Positions 14,878 through 29,300 of a DNA stretch of 64,000 nucleotides are shown here, in pieces (positions within the stretch are counted from its first letter, which is position 1; every line of letters starts with the position of its first letter). The stretch covers positions 17,422,001 to 17,486,000 of the forward strand of contig OZ024745.1 of the NCBI GenBank assembly GCA_964016885.1. Reading direction: 5' to 3'. The position numbers and the translations under genes are program-made. The notes below the pieces were generated by a model. It made no database searches, was not told the origin of the DNA, and saw nothing but the letters and a program-made list of their open reading frames with translations. Source of the stretch: Eledone cirrhosa (lineage: Eukaryota).

Positions 14878-15311
14878 CGCGAACTGGCGCGAAATTTATT
14901 ATAATTATTGACCAACCAATCAAATTACTTCCCTAAAAACCTGGCATTTCGAGCCACTTTTTTCCATATAAAACAAGTAACATTCAGAGACCAACCAGAT
15001 GTGAGAAAAACACAGACCCTCCATCTCAACTCTACTTTTTAAAAGCAGAAGAACTGCGAAACCGATAAAGGAACCAAATATATATATATTTTTTTTAATA
15101 ATAAAACTCCAGTTGTATTTTCGATTTCATCTTTTTTTCTTTATACTTTCACTCGTGTAGGACTCCTCGGTTATTTTTTATTTTGTAAAAAAACCATCAC
15201 TTTTTAATATATATATATATTTAAATGTTAAACAAGGTTCAACGAATAAATCAAAGAATGAGTTTTACAATAGATTGGAAGCACTCAACAGTTTGGTTTT
15301 CCGGAGTTATT

Positions 15312-15535
15312 AATATTAGTTCAAAATATTAACAAAAATAGACATTCGTGTGATCAAGTATATTTTATAATACATATTTCTGAGGTACTGAGCTATCTTC
15401 AACAGTACGTCCTCATCAGATAAAAGAAGATGATGCATGCCATACCCTGACAAAGTACAGTACCTCTGAAATATGTATAATAAAATATACTTCACCACAC
15501 GAATGCCTATTTTTGATAATATTTTGAACTAATAT
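15312..15535. repeat. Fold-back (arms 15312-15390 / 15458-15535) containing an HHR-like motif on the minus strand (15361-15427)
   Basis: TTTTAT-CTGATGA-GGACGTACTG..CAGTACCTCA-GAAA-TATGTA-TT-ATAAAA. Confidence 0.7.
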
Positions 15536-15546
15536 ATATATATATA

Positions 15547-15589
<43 letters not shown>

Positions 15590-15661
15590 AGCATAACTTC
15601 GTATATATATGTGTATATTTGTATTTATATATATATATATGTGTGTATATATAAATATATT

Positions 15662-15769
<108 letters not shown>

Positions 15770-15793
15770 GAATGTTTTTCCTTTCTACTATTT

Positions 15794-15827
<34 letters not shown>

Positions 15828-15979
15828 GTGGGTTGTGTATTTGTTGCTGAATATTTATCTATTTCGAATTTGAAATATAGCGTATCATTTATCCAGAATA
15901 ATCCAGAAATAGTTTATAATATCTTTTGTATATCACGAATAATTTTATCACAGTAGTACAATTTTCGCAACACTATATA

Positions 15980-16600
15980 TGACGAGTCAGCGCTAGCTAT
16001 CACTGTGTAATGTAATATTCTGTCTTGGTGTACTGATGACAATGATGGTTTAATGACGTTGTTTCAGCTACAACTGTATTACCATCAACGCTAAGAGATT
16101 ATAGATCTACTGTATGTTAACGTGGATATAATTCTTTATTTTTCTCATTCAATCAAATTTCTTTGACTTTCTTTCAGTTGAAAGAAGATTTATATTTCGC
16201 TGTAGATTCTATGTCTCCTTGACAAGCTGATAATTATCTAATCAATAAGATTGTTGATTATTATTAATATATCATTGTTTATAAGTTGTAATATTTTTTT
16301 ATAGAAGGTAATAAGCAAAAGAAAATGCATGAAACATGAGCGTAACATTATATATATGATTTGTTTAGAGCAGATATTTTGTGTATAAAACTAATGTATC
16401 TGTCATAAATCCTTAGCAAAGTAGTAGAGTGTTTAAACGGTAGTGTCATATTTAGAGTTAAGGTCATGATGAATGTTTAGAAAGTTATATATAGTGTTAA
16501 TATTTTTGAGACCCTAGATTTAGAAATAAAGGTCAAAAGTTATATACAAAGAAACCTGATTATTTGTCTGCCTATAATATATACGGAAATAAGATCGTTG
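15980..16600 (+). pseudogene. Decayed LRR gene, N-terminal part
   Basis: VLPSTLR/IIDL (16082-16109, 1 frameshift), SLTS..LSN/NKIV, FETLDLE (16505-16525). Confidence 0.45.
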
Positions 16601-17131
16601 TTGCTCCAATCAGTACACAGACACCCAGAAAACACCCTAAAACGCGGTTTAGCATGTATTTATCCTCTAAATTCAGTAACTCAAACACGGACCACCCTTC
16701 CTCCCAAACTCGGCATACAAAAACGGACAGCAATACACACCAAATGCAGCTATATTGTCAGTATGGTAATTATCCGCTAAATACAAACGCCTTTTAGCCA
16801 TCTGTTTATTACATGTCCCAAGCAAGGCAATAAATGAGAGCCGAATTGTTTGATACCTCACGGCTTCATTCCTCAAAAAGGCAGCTAAGCACCTTCATCA
16901 TTTTGCCCTCTGCATATAAAGTTCATTGACGACAGAGGGGTTAATCAGCTTCAAACGCATATATGTGTAAGGGAGCAAGTGTGTGTTCATGTGTGTATGG
17001 GATTGTGTATGCAATTGCACATAAGTCTGTGGGATATGTCATTGAATGTTTGTGTGTATATGTGTGTGTTTTATCGTGTGACTATGTGTGTGTGGTGAGG
17101 TGTTTTTTATACATGAATATATACATGAATA

Positions 17132-17347
17132 TAAGAAGGCTGGCTGATAAAACGTCCATAAGATGAAAGGTCATAGTCCCACCAAGTTACTCTCATGGAA
17201 TGGCTAAATAAGGATTATTCATCAACATAATACATGGAAAGAAACATGTTATTAATAAGAAGATTTGAAATGAACGCCTGCAATATTTCACGGCTCTAAC
17301 ATCAGTCCTTCATAGTCAGAGAATCAATCGTACAGCCAACACTCGTA
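17132..17347 (-). mobile_element. Mariner-like MITE, diverged
   Basis: Reverse-oriented copy of 23096-23294; ends CAGCCAACACTCGTA. Confidence 0.6.
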
Positions 17348-17692
17348 TATGAATAACTACGGGATTTAGCTGCTGTTGAAGCCATGATCATGAATTCTAC
17401 TAACAAATTAACAGCTTGAAATGCGATTATCGAAGTCGTTATATATTGTCAAATAGCAGCCAGACCCTCCCAAAGCAAAGTAAAATAGCAAACATAAATG
17501 GTAGTAATGCAGCTAGTTAAATTATTAAATTACTTTAATTTCGCGGTATTGTAGCATTTTGCGGTGCTCATGACGTCATCAACGTACATCTTCTGAAAAT
17601 AACACCATAGTCCAATATAATTGCCTTTGATCAATACTCAGTTCTCTACTGTTCCGTCTGGGTATCTCATTGTGCAGGTGTACATGCCAGTG

Positions 17693-17771
<79 letters not shown>

Positions 17772-18068
17772 ATACGTACGTGTCTGCGTCTCTTTGACAC
17801 TCTGTATATATAAGAATGTTTTCTTACTTGTGTGATGATAATCACATTTTAAAATCATCACCTTATGTTTAGAAGTGAGAACCATCAAAGTAGGAAACTT
17901 AAAGGAATTAACACGAAATAATATCTTAATCTCAGTGTGTGAATGCAATTAAGTATCAGCCATATGATAATATAATCGGTGTACGTACAAATAGGTAAGC
18001 GTATACGCACGCACACACCCACATAGACACAAACACAAATGACCATATATATTCATTTATATATATAT

Positions 18069-18102
<34 letters not shown>

Positions 18103-18190
18103 ACCTTGCACAAGTATAACGATATATATATATATATATATATTAAATTCCAAACACACAAACACACACACACTTATATACATACATACA

Positions 18191-18227
<37 letters not shown>

Positions 18228-18257
18228 ATATGACAAACAATCATCTATATATAAAAG

Positions 18258-18515
18258 AATATTTCGCTCTACATGGCTGAATACAATAAATGTAATCTGA
18301 GTTTTTCCAATATTAATAATAACATTCGATTCGTTTGCAATTATGCAAACAAGCCTCAATTTCATAGCCATGTCAGTAGAATGAGCACTTCATTCTACTG
18401 ACATGGCTATAAAATTGAGGCTTTTTGCAAAATTGCAAACGAATCGAATGTTATTATTAATATTGGAAACACTCAGATTACATTTATTGTATTCAGCCAT
18501 GTAGAGCGAAATATT
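18258..18515. repeat. Near-perfect palindrome, ~127-bp arms, 5-nt loop
   Basis: ..GTCAGTAGAATGA gcact TCATTCTACTGAC.. Confidence 0.95.
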
Positions 18516-18978
18516 TTTTTATTTGAATTTGCAAAGCCGGCAAATGGGCGTGTATGCTTGTATACGTGTTTTCACTATGTAAGGTGTGTATATATGTGTA
18601 CATTGTGTTTTGATTGATGTACGTTTGGTGAACATATGTTTTTACCTGTAGGTTGTGTGTGCGTGCGCTATATACGTATTTATGTGTGTATATTTATATA
18701 CGTTTATACAATTATATGTATATACACAGACACATATATATATATATTTTTTTTAATGTGCATTTGGTGTATACGTTTGTATGTGTGCGCGTACAGGTGA
18801 CGCGCGGGTTTATGTAAGTGTGCGCGTTTTCATGTATACGTGCATGTAATCGCATGCATGGTGGGTGTTTTCGCGTATGCACGTGTATGCACGTATATAG
18901 ATGCGTGTATGTATATAAATTATTATTGATTGAAATAACCTCTGTCATTTTCATTCTACTAATTTATTTACATTATTC

Positions 18979-19070
18979 TTAACTTTGCCTTTCATCCTTA
19001 TAGGGTCGATAAAATAAAGTACCAGTAATACACTGGAATAATTGCTGGTTTTGTGACAAAAGTAGAAACA
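18979..19070 (+). mobile_element. SINE family A, 3' half
   Basis: TTAACTTTGCCTTTCATCCTTATAGGGTCGATAAAATAAAGTACCAG. Confidence 0.85.
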
Positions 19071-19364
19071 CTTATTCTTAACTCTGAATCCGAGAACCAT
19101 TTGGTTTCCTAAATAGAATATTAGTCTACTATTTAATTTATACCATAAACGTGATTTTGTCTTTGCGTTTAACTGTTCTCAACGCTCCAAATAACGACCC
19201 TATATCTTCGCTTTTTTTTCGTTCATTGCCAGGAAACGTCTTCGCGAACAAAAGTATCGTCTTCCTGTTTTCCTTCGGCTGCAAAGTTTTTCGCAATATT
19301 TACTTCTGCGTTCACAGATTGATTTTGTTAATTTCAGAAGATCCCGTTAAGGGTTAAAGCAACA

Positions 19365-19568
<204 letters not shown>

Positions 19569-19579
19569 TGTTTTTGTGT

Positions 19580-20600
19580 GTATATGTATTAAACACGAAT
19601 GATGTGAGGGAAAGAAAGAAAGTAAAATATTGAATATATTCGTGTTTTAATGTTTGTTATATACGTCAATAGTCGAAGAGGTATGCCATTTAGACTAAAT
19701 CTTCCAAAATTATACCTCTCCATTATATTATATCTTATATATTAGAAATGTTATATCTTCCTTAAAACCATTTAAATAGTGTATATGTCTTGTCTGATAT
19801 CGATCTTTTCCGTATCTAATGTAAGATACCTGTCGAGAAATGTTATTCTGTTGCTATTATAATATTAATACAGGCGGAATCTCAGCTGGAGAACGTCGCT
19901 AATATGTCCGATTACTTGGGTATGTATGTACCGTATGTGATTATGAATATTACTTGTGTAGACAGAGCTTTCTACGATTTATCCCTGAAGGGGTCGAATT
20001 TCTAACCCATCGTATCCCTGACACATTTTAATTGAAATGTTTGGGTTTACTACAAATAGGCATAAATATATCAAGGTTTCCAGGTGGATGGTTACACTTT
20101 CTAAATTCAATAATGTACCGGCACTGACGCTTTTTCTAATTCAATGAGCAATTTGTCATCAAGTTGGAATATCACCGATCAACTATTTGTTTAATGGGAT
20201 ATAATATTATTTATGAAATATAGCTAAAGATCACGTTCATGTGACACAATTCAAAGTAATAAAGCGAAAAGACTAAAAGATTTACGACCACCGAATAACT
20301 TCAGTAAATATTTGAAAGCCATAAGTCATTACGATTATATACATATGTATATCATGTATCGTTTGCTAAATGACTGCAAAGCGTACCGAAATGCCATTGG
20401 AAGTTTTCATATCAAGTGTAGGTTATATGTATTTGAATTTCCCTGCTAAATACCTAGGCTTCTCTATTACCAAACCTGGGTGTATGGGTAAGTATCTCGC
20501 TTCAAAGCTCTATAGTTCCTTTGTGATATCAGAACCCAACAGGTTTGAGAATTTCTCTATATCATTGGGATTGAAATGGAGTGGACATAGACAGTGATGA
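19580..20600 (-). pseudogene. Possible decayed LRR gene fragment
   Basis: Broken frames NLLGSDITKEL*SF..KFKYI*PTLDM and ITFL/IRYN..FSLNGIPLRLL. Confidence 0.3.
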
Positions 20601-21020
20601 TGCCTTTTGAGATTATGTGTGTTTATCTGTGGGGGTGCGTCTGTGTGTATATATGTATGAGTGGGTGTTTGTATCTATTTCGCACTGCAACATTACTCAG
20701 TTAAGTGGTGATGGTTTCTTACCGGCTATTTTCATGTTTTCGCCGTTGATATTTCAATTTGTGACAGCTTGTATATAATTTTTAAAAAGTCATGTAAGTA
20801 TCTAGTAGGTTATATTACTTCCTTGTGAGCTAATATATCTCTCTCATGCACACACACACACATACACACACACACATCCACACACACACACATACACACA
20901 CATATATGTATATATATATTCTTATTTTTTTATTTGGAGTAACTAGCAGACAGGCAGAGGGACACACAGGGAGACAAACAGGCAGGTAGACAGACATACA
21001 AAAACAGCCAAAGATATACA

Positions 21021-21054
<34 letters not shown>

Positions 21055-21078
21055 GTTGTGAGTGTGTGTGTATGTGTA

Positions 21079-21160
<82 letters not shown>

Positions 21161-21499
21161 GATAGACAGATGTGCATACAGGCTAGAGTCAATGCATTAA
21201 GTAGTTTACAATAGAGTGTAACTTAATTTTGCAATCTACTTCCATAGAAAGTTCTCTGAACAAAATCTGAAATGGAAAATATTTTTATAAATATTTTCAT
21301 TCTTGCGGAAATAAATTGATATACCTTTGGTAAAATGAAAACACAGAATATATGATGTAGCGTGTCCCTTTGTAATAATAGAATAAATAGTAAAGTTCCG
21401 TAATATAAAAAGAACTTCTCAAATATTTGAATGAATAGGAAAACGCAAGTGATATCGATTTTGAGAATATTTATATACTGCCATGGCTGCTATAATTGA

Positions 21500-23010
21500 C
21501 AAGATATTTGCTGTAAAAGTGATTCGTATTGAATATTGATACAGTCTATAGTGACTGCTTTTTTATTTTTTATTTCTTTAGTGATGTTTCTCTCTGCATT
21601 ACCAGCAATCATTTTCCTTTACCTTTGCAGATATTTGAGTTGTACTTAGCTATGCTATAGATCGATACGTCTATATGAAGAAATACATCTTGTTCCACTT
21701 TGTGCTAATGCTTAGAATAATAAAATGGCTACATATGACTCCTTTCAATATAGATTTTCCTAAGGATTAGTTTCGTGGAAGTAACTCAAGAAACTAGTTT
21801 TGATTGGTTTAGACTTTACAAGAACGAAGATTCTGTCGACTGCACAGTAGCATTATTAAATGCACGATTGATAATGCATTATATGTAATAACTTGCTTGC
21901 GTTTCCTTCAAGCATGCAACTCTCAATTATAAAGCATCTCTCACTATATTGAAGAGATATCCAATGGGGAGAATCGTTGGAAATAAAGGTAATAGAATCA
22001 TTTATATATATCAGTGAGTGCCAAGAGCTTGGGAAGGTTTCGATCGATTGCTTACTGTGCTTTATTGCTTTATTCGTTCATACGTGAGACAGTTAGATAA
22101 ATGCATTAGACATACATATGCAAACACGTGCTGAAACGCAGATATATTTATTACTTGGATGTAAGAAATACAATGCTGAACAATTGTTCAAATATGAATA
22201 TTCAGGGAATTTGATGATTAGAGAGTAGATACAGCGAATAAGCACGAAACGCAAAGGACCAATAAGATATTCGATGTACCTAAGCTACAGAAATATTGTA
22301 TTCAAACAATAGATTAACTAGGAAAACCACAATGTAGACTAAGCTTAAGCAACAATCAATGATATCGAAACTTCTCTAATTAAAATATATAGTTATTCTC
22401 TCTTTCCTTCTATGTCTCTTTTCTCTTCACATGTCGTGTCCCCCTTCTCTTTCTATCTTGTAGTCTAAAATTACCCAACCATAATATACAATAACATAAC
22501 GTTGGTATGAAATTTGAGAGGAATAGGGTTAGAAATATAGCTATTATTTTTATCAGAGTTACTAACACCCATTTGAATATTTATGTTTTGAATTCGTAAT
22601 AATTTCATGATGGATACAAGCGTCACCTGAAACGTTCATAAGCTGATTATGAAGGAATGATGCTAGGCTATGAAATCTTGCATGCATTAAATTTAACTCT
22701 TCGTATTAAAACAATGTAGATACACTGTTTTTTTTCCAGGGAATACGTTTAAAAATATGCCTCATTTGGTCATTTCATGAAAGTATCTTGTTTAGCCTAT
22801 GACACGTTTAGCCGACACATATATGACAGCGAAAACTGCTGTACAAACATTAGTTATTTAATAATGAAGCCATGTTTCAAGGCATCATAACTTGTAGCCT
22901 GATTAGACCAAGTTTAACAGGAAAAAAGATTTGATTCCATTTACCTTTCCGCTTAACTATAAACCTGAAATATTCAGCACCATTTCATTGATATAATGAT
23001 TTACATAAAC
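21500..23010 (+). pseudogene. Decayed LRR gene
   Basis: FELYLA, IIKWLHM..FPKD*FRG/LKKLVLIG, IKHLSL, VRQLD, IYYLDVRN (22146-22169), RLSLSNNQ (22336-22359), MFQGI..SLTGKKI..NLKY, all on one strand. Confidence 0.5.
22615..22821 (+). mobile_element. Mariner-like MITE, diverged
   Basis: Alignable to 23096-23294. Confidence 0.65.
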
Positions 23011-23095
23011 ACATTTGTGTTTTTTGTTTGTTGAGATATTTCTTTTTTGTTTTGTTTTTGTTCTCTCATGGAATATTATATGTCGGAAATATTTA

Positions 23096-23294
23096 TACGA
23101 CGGTCGGCTGAAATGTTCATATGGTAACTATGAGGGGGTGATGCTAGTGCTGTTAAAACATGCATGCATTAATTTTAATTCATCTTAATAACTCCATTGT
23201 TTCTGTCCAGATACTATATTGAAAAATAAACACAATTCGGTCATTCCGTGAGCGTATCTTGGTCAGCCTATGAACTTTTCAGCCGATTCTCTTA
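23096..23294 (+). mobile_element. Mariner/Tc1-like MITE (~200 bp)
   Basis: TIRs TACGACGGTCGGCTGAAATGTTCATA / TATGAACTTTTCAGCCGATTCTCTTA with TA termini; four copies in window. Confidence 0.8.
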
Positions 23295-23539
23295 TATAAA
23301 CACTTTAAATAAAATTCCATTGTATAGTTATGGATATATAATTTCGAGAATTGTGAGAGTGTTGTTCAAATACGTGGCACTTAATTTTGATTTAAGTCAA
23401 GTAGAAGCATCGTAAAATATATTTAGATTCAAGTTGAAGGTTAAACTTATATCCTGACGATCACCACAGCAATCATCATCATCAACATAATTCTCATCTT
23501 TTCCTTTCACTCATTCACCTCTTTATTATCATTATCATT

Positions 23540-25085
23540 ACCAACAACATGTAGATAACGTCAGTAGTAATATTTGTATTGCTTGTCTTTATTGCATAAA
23601 AGATTGTATGAGTTACCTGATTATATTGAGTATGTGTAATCCTGTAATTATGTTTGTTATATTGTACATAATATGAGTGTCATATATACTATTGTTACTT
23701 TCTCTGTGTTGTATCTTTACATGTAAAATATATTGTCTTCATTACGTATTTGTCTGCACTTTTTCAAATATTTCTGAAGATATCCATTAACCTGGGGGGG
23801 GGGGGGTTATTTGTGTTATCAATCGTTACATATACAGTGTATACAATCCATTTAGATATATTATCGTCCATTGAAATTGATGTATTTAGTTGTAGACATT
23901 TATATTACTGGCATTCGTTGACAATAAGATCGTATTAATTTTACGTTAATCCTCCTGTATACATGAATTGGCACGTCATTGAGTACAACACCGCCATTAT
24001 TATATTGTATCTGTTACTGGTTTCTGTTTGAATTTCCTGTCGTCTGTTGGTATTAATGTAAGGCTAGCATAGTTTTTTAGAACTACAAGAACTATGTGAT
24101 GTTTTATTATTTCACATCCCAATGTATTCTGCGTATATCTTTCGTATTCTTATTCATCATATAAATATGTATATTTTAGTTATATTGATTAGGATTTGTT
24201 CAACCTATACAAAAGCGTTCGGTCTCAAATTTGAGTGGTACTGTTGTGTTCTTTCATTCCTACCTTCCTCGGTCTCATTATGTAACGATCATGTAAGGTA
24301 TCTTCTTGCGACTTTCTTCACATGAAAGTTTCTAAGCTATTTTAATACATTTTCGTTAAATATTTGTTAAATATTTAAATTAATTGCTTTTATTGTATGT
24401 GCATTAGTATAGACACCTCATATTTCCTACGAATGTGAGTTATATTACCTTTTTTTGCTGTGTGCTGTATATATTTGTATTAACATTAAATTGCACTTTC
24501 CTACATAAGTTTGTGAAAGATATACATTTTGCATTCGTAAAAAATATACGTTTCTTTCACGGGTTTTCAGTGGGGATCGGCTTTCTAGTTTTTCACATTT
24601 GCATAATGCTGAATCTCAAATTAATGATGGTACAGCTAGACTACTAATCTATGTTGCATACGTATAATTTTAAACTACATAAATAATTAATATAAGACAT
24701 TTATAAACATGTTACTTTCATACGAGTGTGTGCGTTTTAATCTGTGAAGTTACTTAATGCCTAAGTATTCATAGGCTTCTTTTCTTTTCCAACATATCGT
24801 CAAGCGGCGGGGGGTAGAAAATTATTAATTTCACCATAATTGATATCATTGAAGTAGAATGAGAATTATGAAATGTAAGACATTTAGAGATATATTCATT
24901 ATGTATTTTCGCCCATAACCTTATGAAACGGCAATTTGCAAAACTGATATTTGCTAAGTTACTATTCAATATGAAATATTGATAAACAAAACGAAAAACA
25001 TTAGAAGATATTGAAACAGAAGGTAATCTGGAAATTTGAATAAATGTATTCTGCAGAGAGGCATGCAAGATTTGAAATGATATAT
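23540..25085 (-). pseudogene. Decayed LRR gene (TLR-ectodomain-like)
   Basis: ORF 24769-25182 (SLQNTFIQ, SNLANISFANCRF), then RSL*IL/LSN/QIK, KLES..TENP, NITHI, TIKAINLN, DLIVNECQ, DIFRNI, LHILNI, LHVVGN (LRR-CT-like entry). Confidence 0.5.
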
Positions 25086-25200
25086 TGCGTTTCTCTCTTG
25101 AATGATTAGCAGTATGGTTATTATTGTTAGAACGAGGAAGTGGCTGTATGAGTGGTGCATCGGACACCATGATTCCTAGCATAGAATTAAAGAATTAAAG

Positions 25201-25572
25201 CCTGAGTTAAATCCCGCTGAGGTTAACTTTGTCTTTCATCCTTAAGGGATCGATAAAATAAAGTACCAGTAACAAACTGGGGTCGGTTTAATCGACTTTA
25301 CCCTTCCCCACAAATTGCTGGCCTTGTGTCTAAATCAGGAATAATTATTATAAATAATATAAGGGATTGGCAGTATCGGTAGTACGTCGGACAACAGGTT
25401 TTGCGGCCTGGTGTTACGTCCTTTCAGGCTGAGTGCCCAAATCCCGCGCAAGTTAGCTTTTACTTTCATCCTTACGGGGTCCATAAAATAAAGAACTATT
25501 TACGCATTGGAATCGATTTAATCGAATATTCTCTCCCCAAAAATGTTTGACCTTGTATCTGAATCAGAAACA
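25201..25572 (+). mobile_element. Two tandem SINE family A-related copies (25201-25347, 25363-25572)
   Basis: Core CTTTCATCCTTA.GGG.TC.ATAAAATAAAG twice; longer variant with GATTTAATCGA segment. Confidence 0.85.
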
Positions 25573-25639
25573 TTTATATATTTCCACTTTCAGTTGATTT
25601 AGTGCCCGCTTTAACAAATCCCTAATTTGATCAAATATA

Positions 25640-26900
25640 TTTTCCCTTCATATGATAACTATATATCCTTCGTATATCTTTCGCATTGCAAGATGTGTTC
25701 TATGAAATATCAGTGTGTATGTGTCTTCCGTTATGTTTGTAGTTTAGAAAAAGTGACTGCAGCAATTACTTTTGCAACATACTTTTCTGTTTTTATTATA
25801 TTTCATCACGTTTATTTGTATATATTTTTCGTAAATATACTATTTTCAATTTCTTTAAATTTGTGTTTTCTCATATTTTGTAAGTTTATGTTGTTCCTTA
25901 ATATAATAGAGATTGTGTTTCATAGAATTTAATAGTTGAAATCTGTTATGGCGCCTACGGATTTTAAGGTGCCAATAAAGAATGTGTTTTCATGATAGTT
26001 ATATATTCGGTTTTCTAATATATATCAAAGCCCCACGTATTTCATTTTTATTTCTATCCTATTGTACTGAGATAATATCAACTCACTATACGCTGGTTAC
26101 CTTTCAGTGCTGTGATATTTCAATATTTGTTTCTTTGCAATTTCATTGATATAAGGTATCCCGTTGAGAACAAATATTGTAGACCTATAGTTCAAGAAAA
26201 TGTATCTTTAATTAATTATGATCCCAGGCCTACAATTCGTCATCTTTCTTTTCTCGAAATTGACTAGTCCATTTCCCTCAGAGTTATCTGAGTCAGCGTG
26301 ATAGTAACAAGTGAACGTCTTGTATAACAAAAATATATCACGAAATAATATATTATTTGCCGCTACTGATGTATATATATTTCAAAGATTAATTATATGA
26401 ACAAATATTCCTAAAGTACATAGATACGAAGGTGAAATGAATATTTCATAGGTTGACTACGAAGGATTGAAGCTAGAGCTGTAAAATCTTATAAGCTTTA
26501 ATTTTAACTCTTCTTATCAATAACTGCATTGTTTCTTTCCAGGGACTATGGTGAAAACTAAACCTTACTTAGTCATTCTCTCAGAGTATCTTCTTCAGCT
26601 TATGAACCTTTCAACCTCTGAAACTTTCAGTCGACCCTCGTAGATTCTGAATAGTAGATGCTCAGGCACAATATTTGTTTTTTACACTTTGTATTCTTCT
26701 TTTCTCATAAACCATTTGTTGTTTTATTTTCAAATAGAAATATGCTGCTTAACACGTGTGATCTCATGTATATTATGAAGAACATTTCGTGTGGATGTGA
26801 GGACGGTTAATTATGAAATTAGAACAAACTTGCAAGAAGATGCCGTGAAACCTATTGGGTGATTATAAAAAATGAATAAAATCTTTCCCACTTTGCATTC
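25640..26900 (-). pseudogene. Decayed LRR gene, C-terminal part
   Basis: SLKYIYISS, LTQITL/GNGL, SELILSQYNRIE, LENRIY..HENTFF..LKSV, DIS*N/LQC. Confidence 0.45.
26425..26642 (+). mobile_element. Mariner-like MITE
   Basis: TACGAAGG..CTTTCAGTCGACCCTCGTA; alignable to 23096-23294. Confidence 0.75.
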
Positions 26901-27162
26901 CATTATTAGAGACTCCAAATATTGTATATTGCTCTTCCATAAAACATGAATAATACCCATAATAAAATGTCTAATTTTACGTACATCACGGGACTGATGA
27001 GTAAATTTAACTTGACTAAAATTGAGTATTCAAATAACTCTCGATTATATTATTCATTCCTAGAACATGAATTGATTGCTGTATTTCAAAATCCACAATG
27101 CTCATGTGAATTTTGTTTTTAAAAGAAATATTTCTTTGATTTTTGTGAATATATATATATAT

Positions 27163-27387
27163 ATTAGAAATTAGAAATTATAAGCTTTCACCGTATTTTA
27201 GACTAAAGAAATTCCTAGCCCGTTATTGGGGTTTATAACCCTCGGAGAAATGTAAAAAGATGAGTGTTGCCGTACATGGGCAACACTCATCTTTTTCCAT
27301 TTCTCCGAGGGTTATAAACCCCACTATCAGGCTAGAAATGTCTTTAGTCTAAAATACGGTGAAAGCTTATAATTTCTAATTTCTAAT
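27163..27387. repeat. Palindrome, ~109-bp arms, 7-nt loop, with one-sided tail to (TA)n; related copy 44865-45010
   Basis: ..GATGAGTGTTGCC gtacatg GGCAACACTCATC.. Confidence 0.95.
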
Positions 27388-27444
27388 TTCAAACTCGCGC
27401 ACCGTTTCAAAAACATACTTACATGTTTACGTTTATAATTTGCT

Positions 27445-27528
<84 letters not shown>

Positions 27529-28249
27529 ATCGAATTATATATAAATTTATTTCGAGGATGAGAAAATGCAGATATCTAAAACTTTGCTAGTTTAAACGGG
27601 TTAATAATCTCCAAAGGGAGAAATCACAAAAAGGTATAAATATAAATAAGGCAGAATATTTAACAACGTAACATACAGCATCATCTCTCTCAGAACTAAT
27701 GAGTAAATGAAGAATTGAAAGAGAAGCCAACAAAATAAGATAAATGTTACTATATTTGAGTTATGAGTGTTGTTATTGATTATATCCTGTTTGCAGCTCC
27801 ACCGAGAGAACACATGCCAAATGTTGAAGTTCTTTCAGGGCTACAAATAGATATGTCAAATGTGTACATCAAGAAACCTTCTCTACTTCTTGAGTGACAT
27901 TTCGTTCAATGTGACGCGTCGGACAAATAACAAACTTACACACACTAATCATAATCCACATATACGCATACACACAGAAACAGGCGATTGTATGTATAGG
28001 CAAACTACAATGCATATATGAAGACGCAGGTACGCCTTTTAATATCATGTGTGTGTGTTTGCATATTTGTTTATATTGTTTTGTTTATAAAGAACACTCT
28101 AATGTCAAGAAATATATTTTCGGATAGTCTCCGTTAGTTTATTTAGAAACTTCACTACTGCTTTGTTAAACAGCTTTCAAATATAACTGTGATTTATCAT
28201 TCTGTTTTGTTAAATCCCCAGCCATAGTTGAATCAGAAAGGCCAAATAA

Positions 28250-29300
28250 AAAAATAAATAGAAACAAATTTCAAACGTTTTTAGAAAGAAAATCAACTTT
28301 TAATTGAACAATCAAGGGAAATCTAATATATCGGTCGATAAAACTAGACTCAATGATTAGAACGTAAGGGGTATCATAGAGAAATTTGTTATGGTTTCAA
28401 TGATAACATGGAATTAGTATGTAATTTGGAAGACATTTTGGAATGATTCTTTGAAAGTTTGTTTTGTGTGCGACATCAAGTCGCTATATTGCCTTAGATG
28501 TATTGTCAAATGAAGACACAAATACGAGGAAAGACACAGAAGAGCTACATAGCTTCCTTTGAGTATACTTCAAGTTGAATTATAAGAAAAGATAATATAG
28601 TAAGCGTAATAATAAATTGTGTTTGAATATTTCAATATTTACAAATTGTGCATACTTAAATCTAACAATAACCGAGTAGCTGTCATTTGCATTAATTAAT
28701 GAGAGTAATGGAAATTGTATTATTTATAATCAAAGGGAAGATAAAGTAAAGGCATCAATTGAAACATATATTTCTATTGTATGATGTTAATATCTCGCTT
28801 TTTTCAGAGGTAGGAGTGCAATTGTTATAGTTATATCCTGGGAGATAGAGATGGAAGTATAGGGAACGAGAGATTATGTTGTGAATGGAGACATTTCCAG
28901 ATGATGTGTAACAATAGATTCTTTGAAAAATATCCACGAATTAGGTGGTGCTGGTAAAACAGGCGATGATTTAATACGAGAATTTTAACTCTACATTTGA
29001 CAGACTTCTACACAGCTTCCGTGAGCCATCTTTCACTCTGAGAACGTTGACGTCTCTCAACTTAACATAGTAATCACATTCAAGTTGATATATTGACGTT
29101 GTTGATGAATTCGTTTTTCTGCACTTGAAGTACAATCTAAAATGGAAAACGGGACAATTGCAAAGGCAAATATAATATCTGTTTCGAGGATATAATAACT
29201 GATCAATGTGAAATTCAGATCGTGTTAGATTCCTCAGCCATTTATAATGGATCATCATCATTCTATATGATTATTACTTCCCTGATATTGAACAAAGTCA
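28250..29300 (-). pseudogene. Decayed LRR gene, N-terminal part
   Basis: FSKNLLLHI, SYN/IYVSIDAFTLSSL, LLDLSMHN, I*RLDVAH. Confidence 0.45.

Noticed and set aside
21595-21635. Strong-looking splice acceptor (pyrimidine tract + GCAG)
   Set aside because: No open exon with a donor follows; lies within the putative LRR remnant
22855-22900. Minus-strand SYDAL as a TIR box 1
   Set aside because: No further TIR motifs; the opposite strand reads better as LRR (MFQGI)
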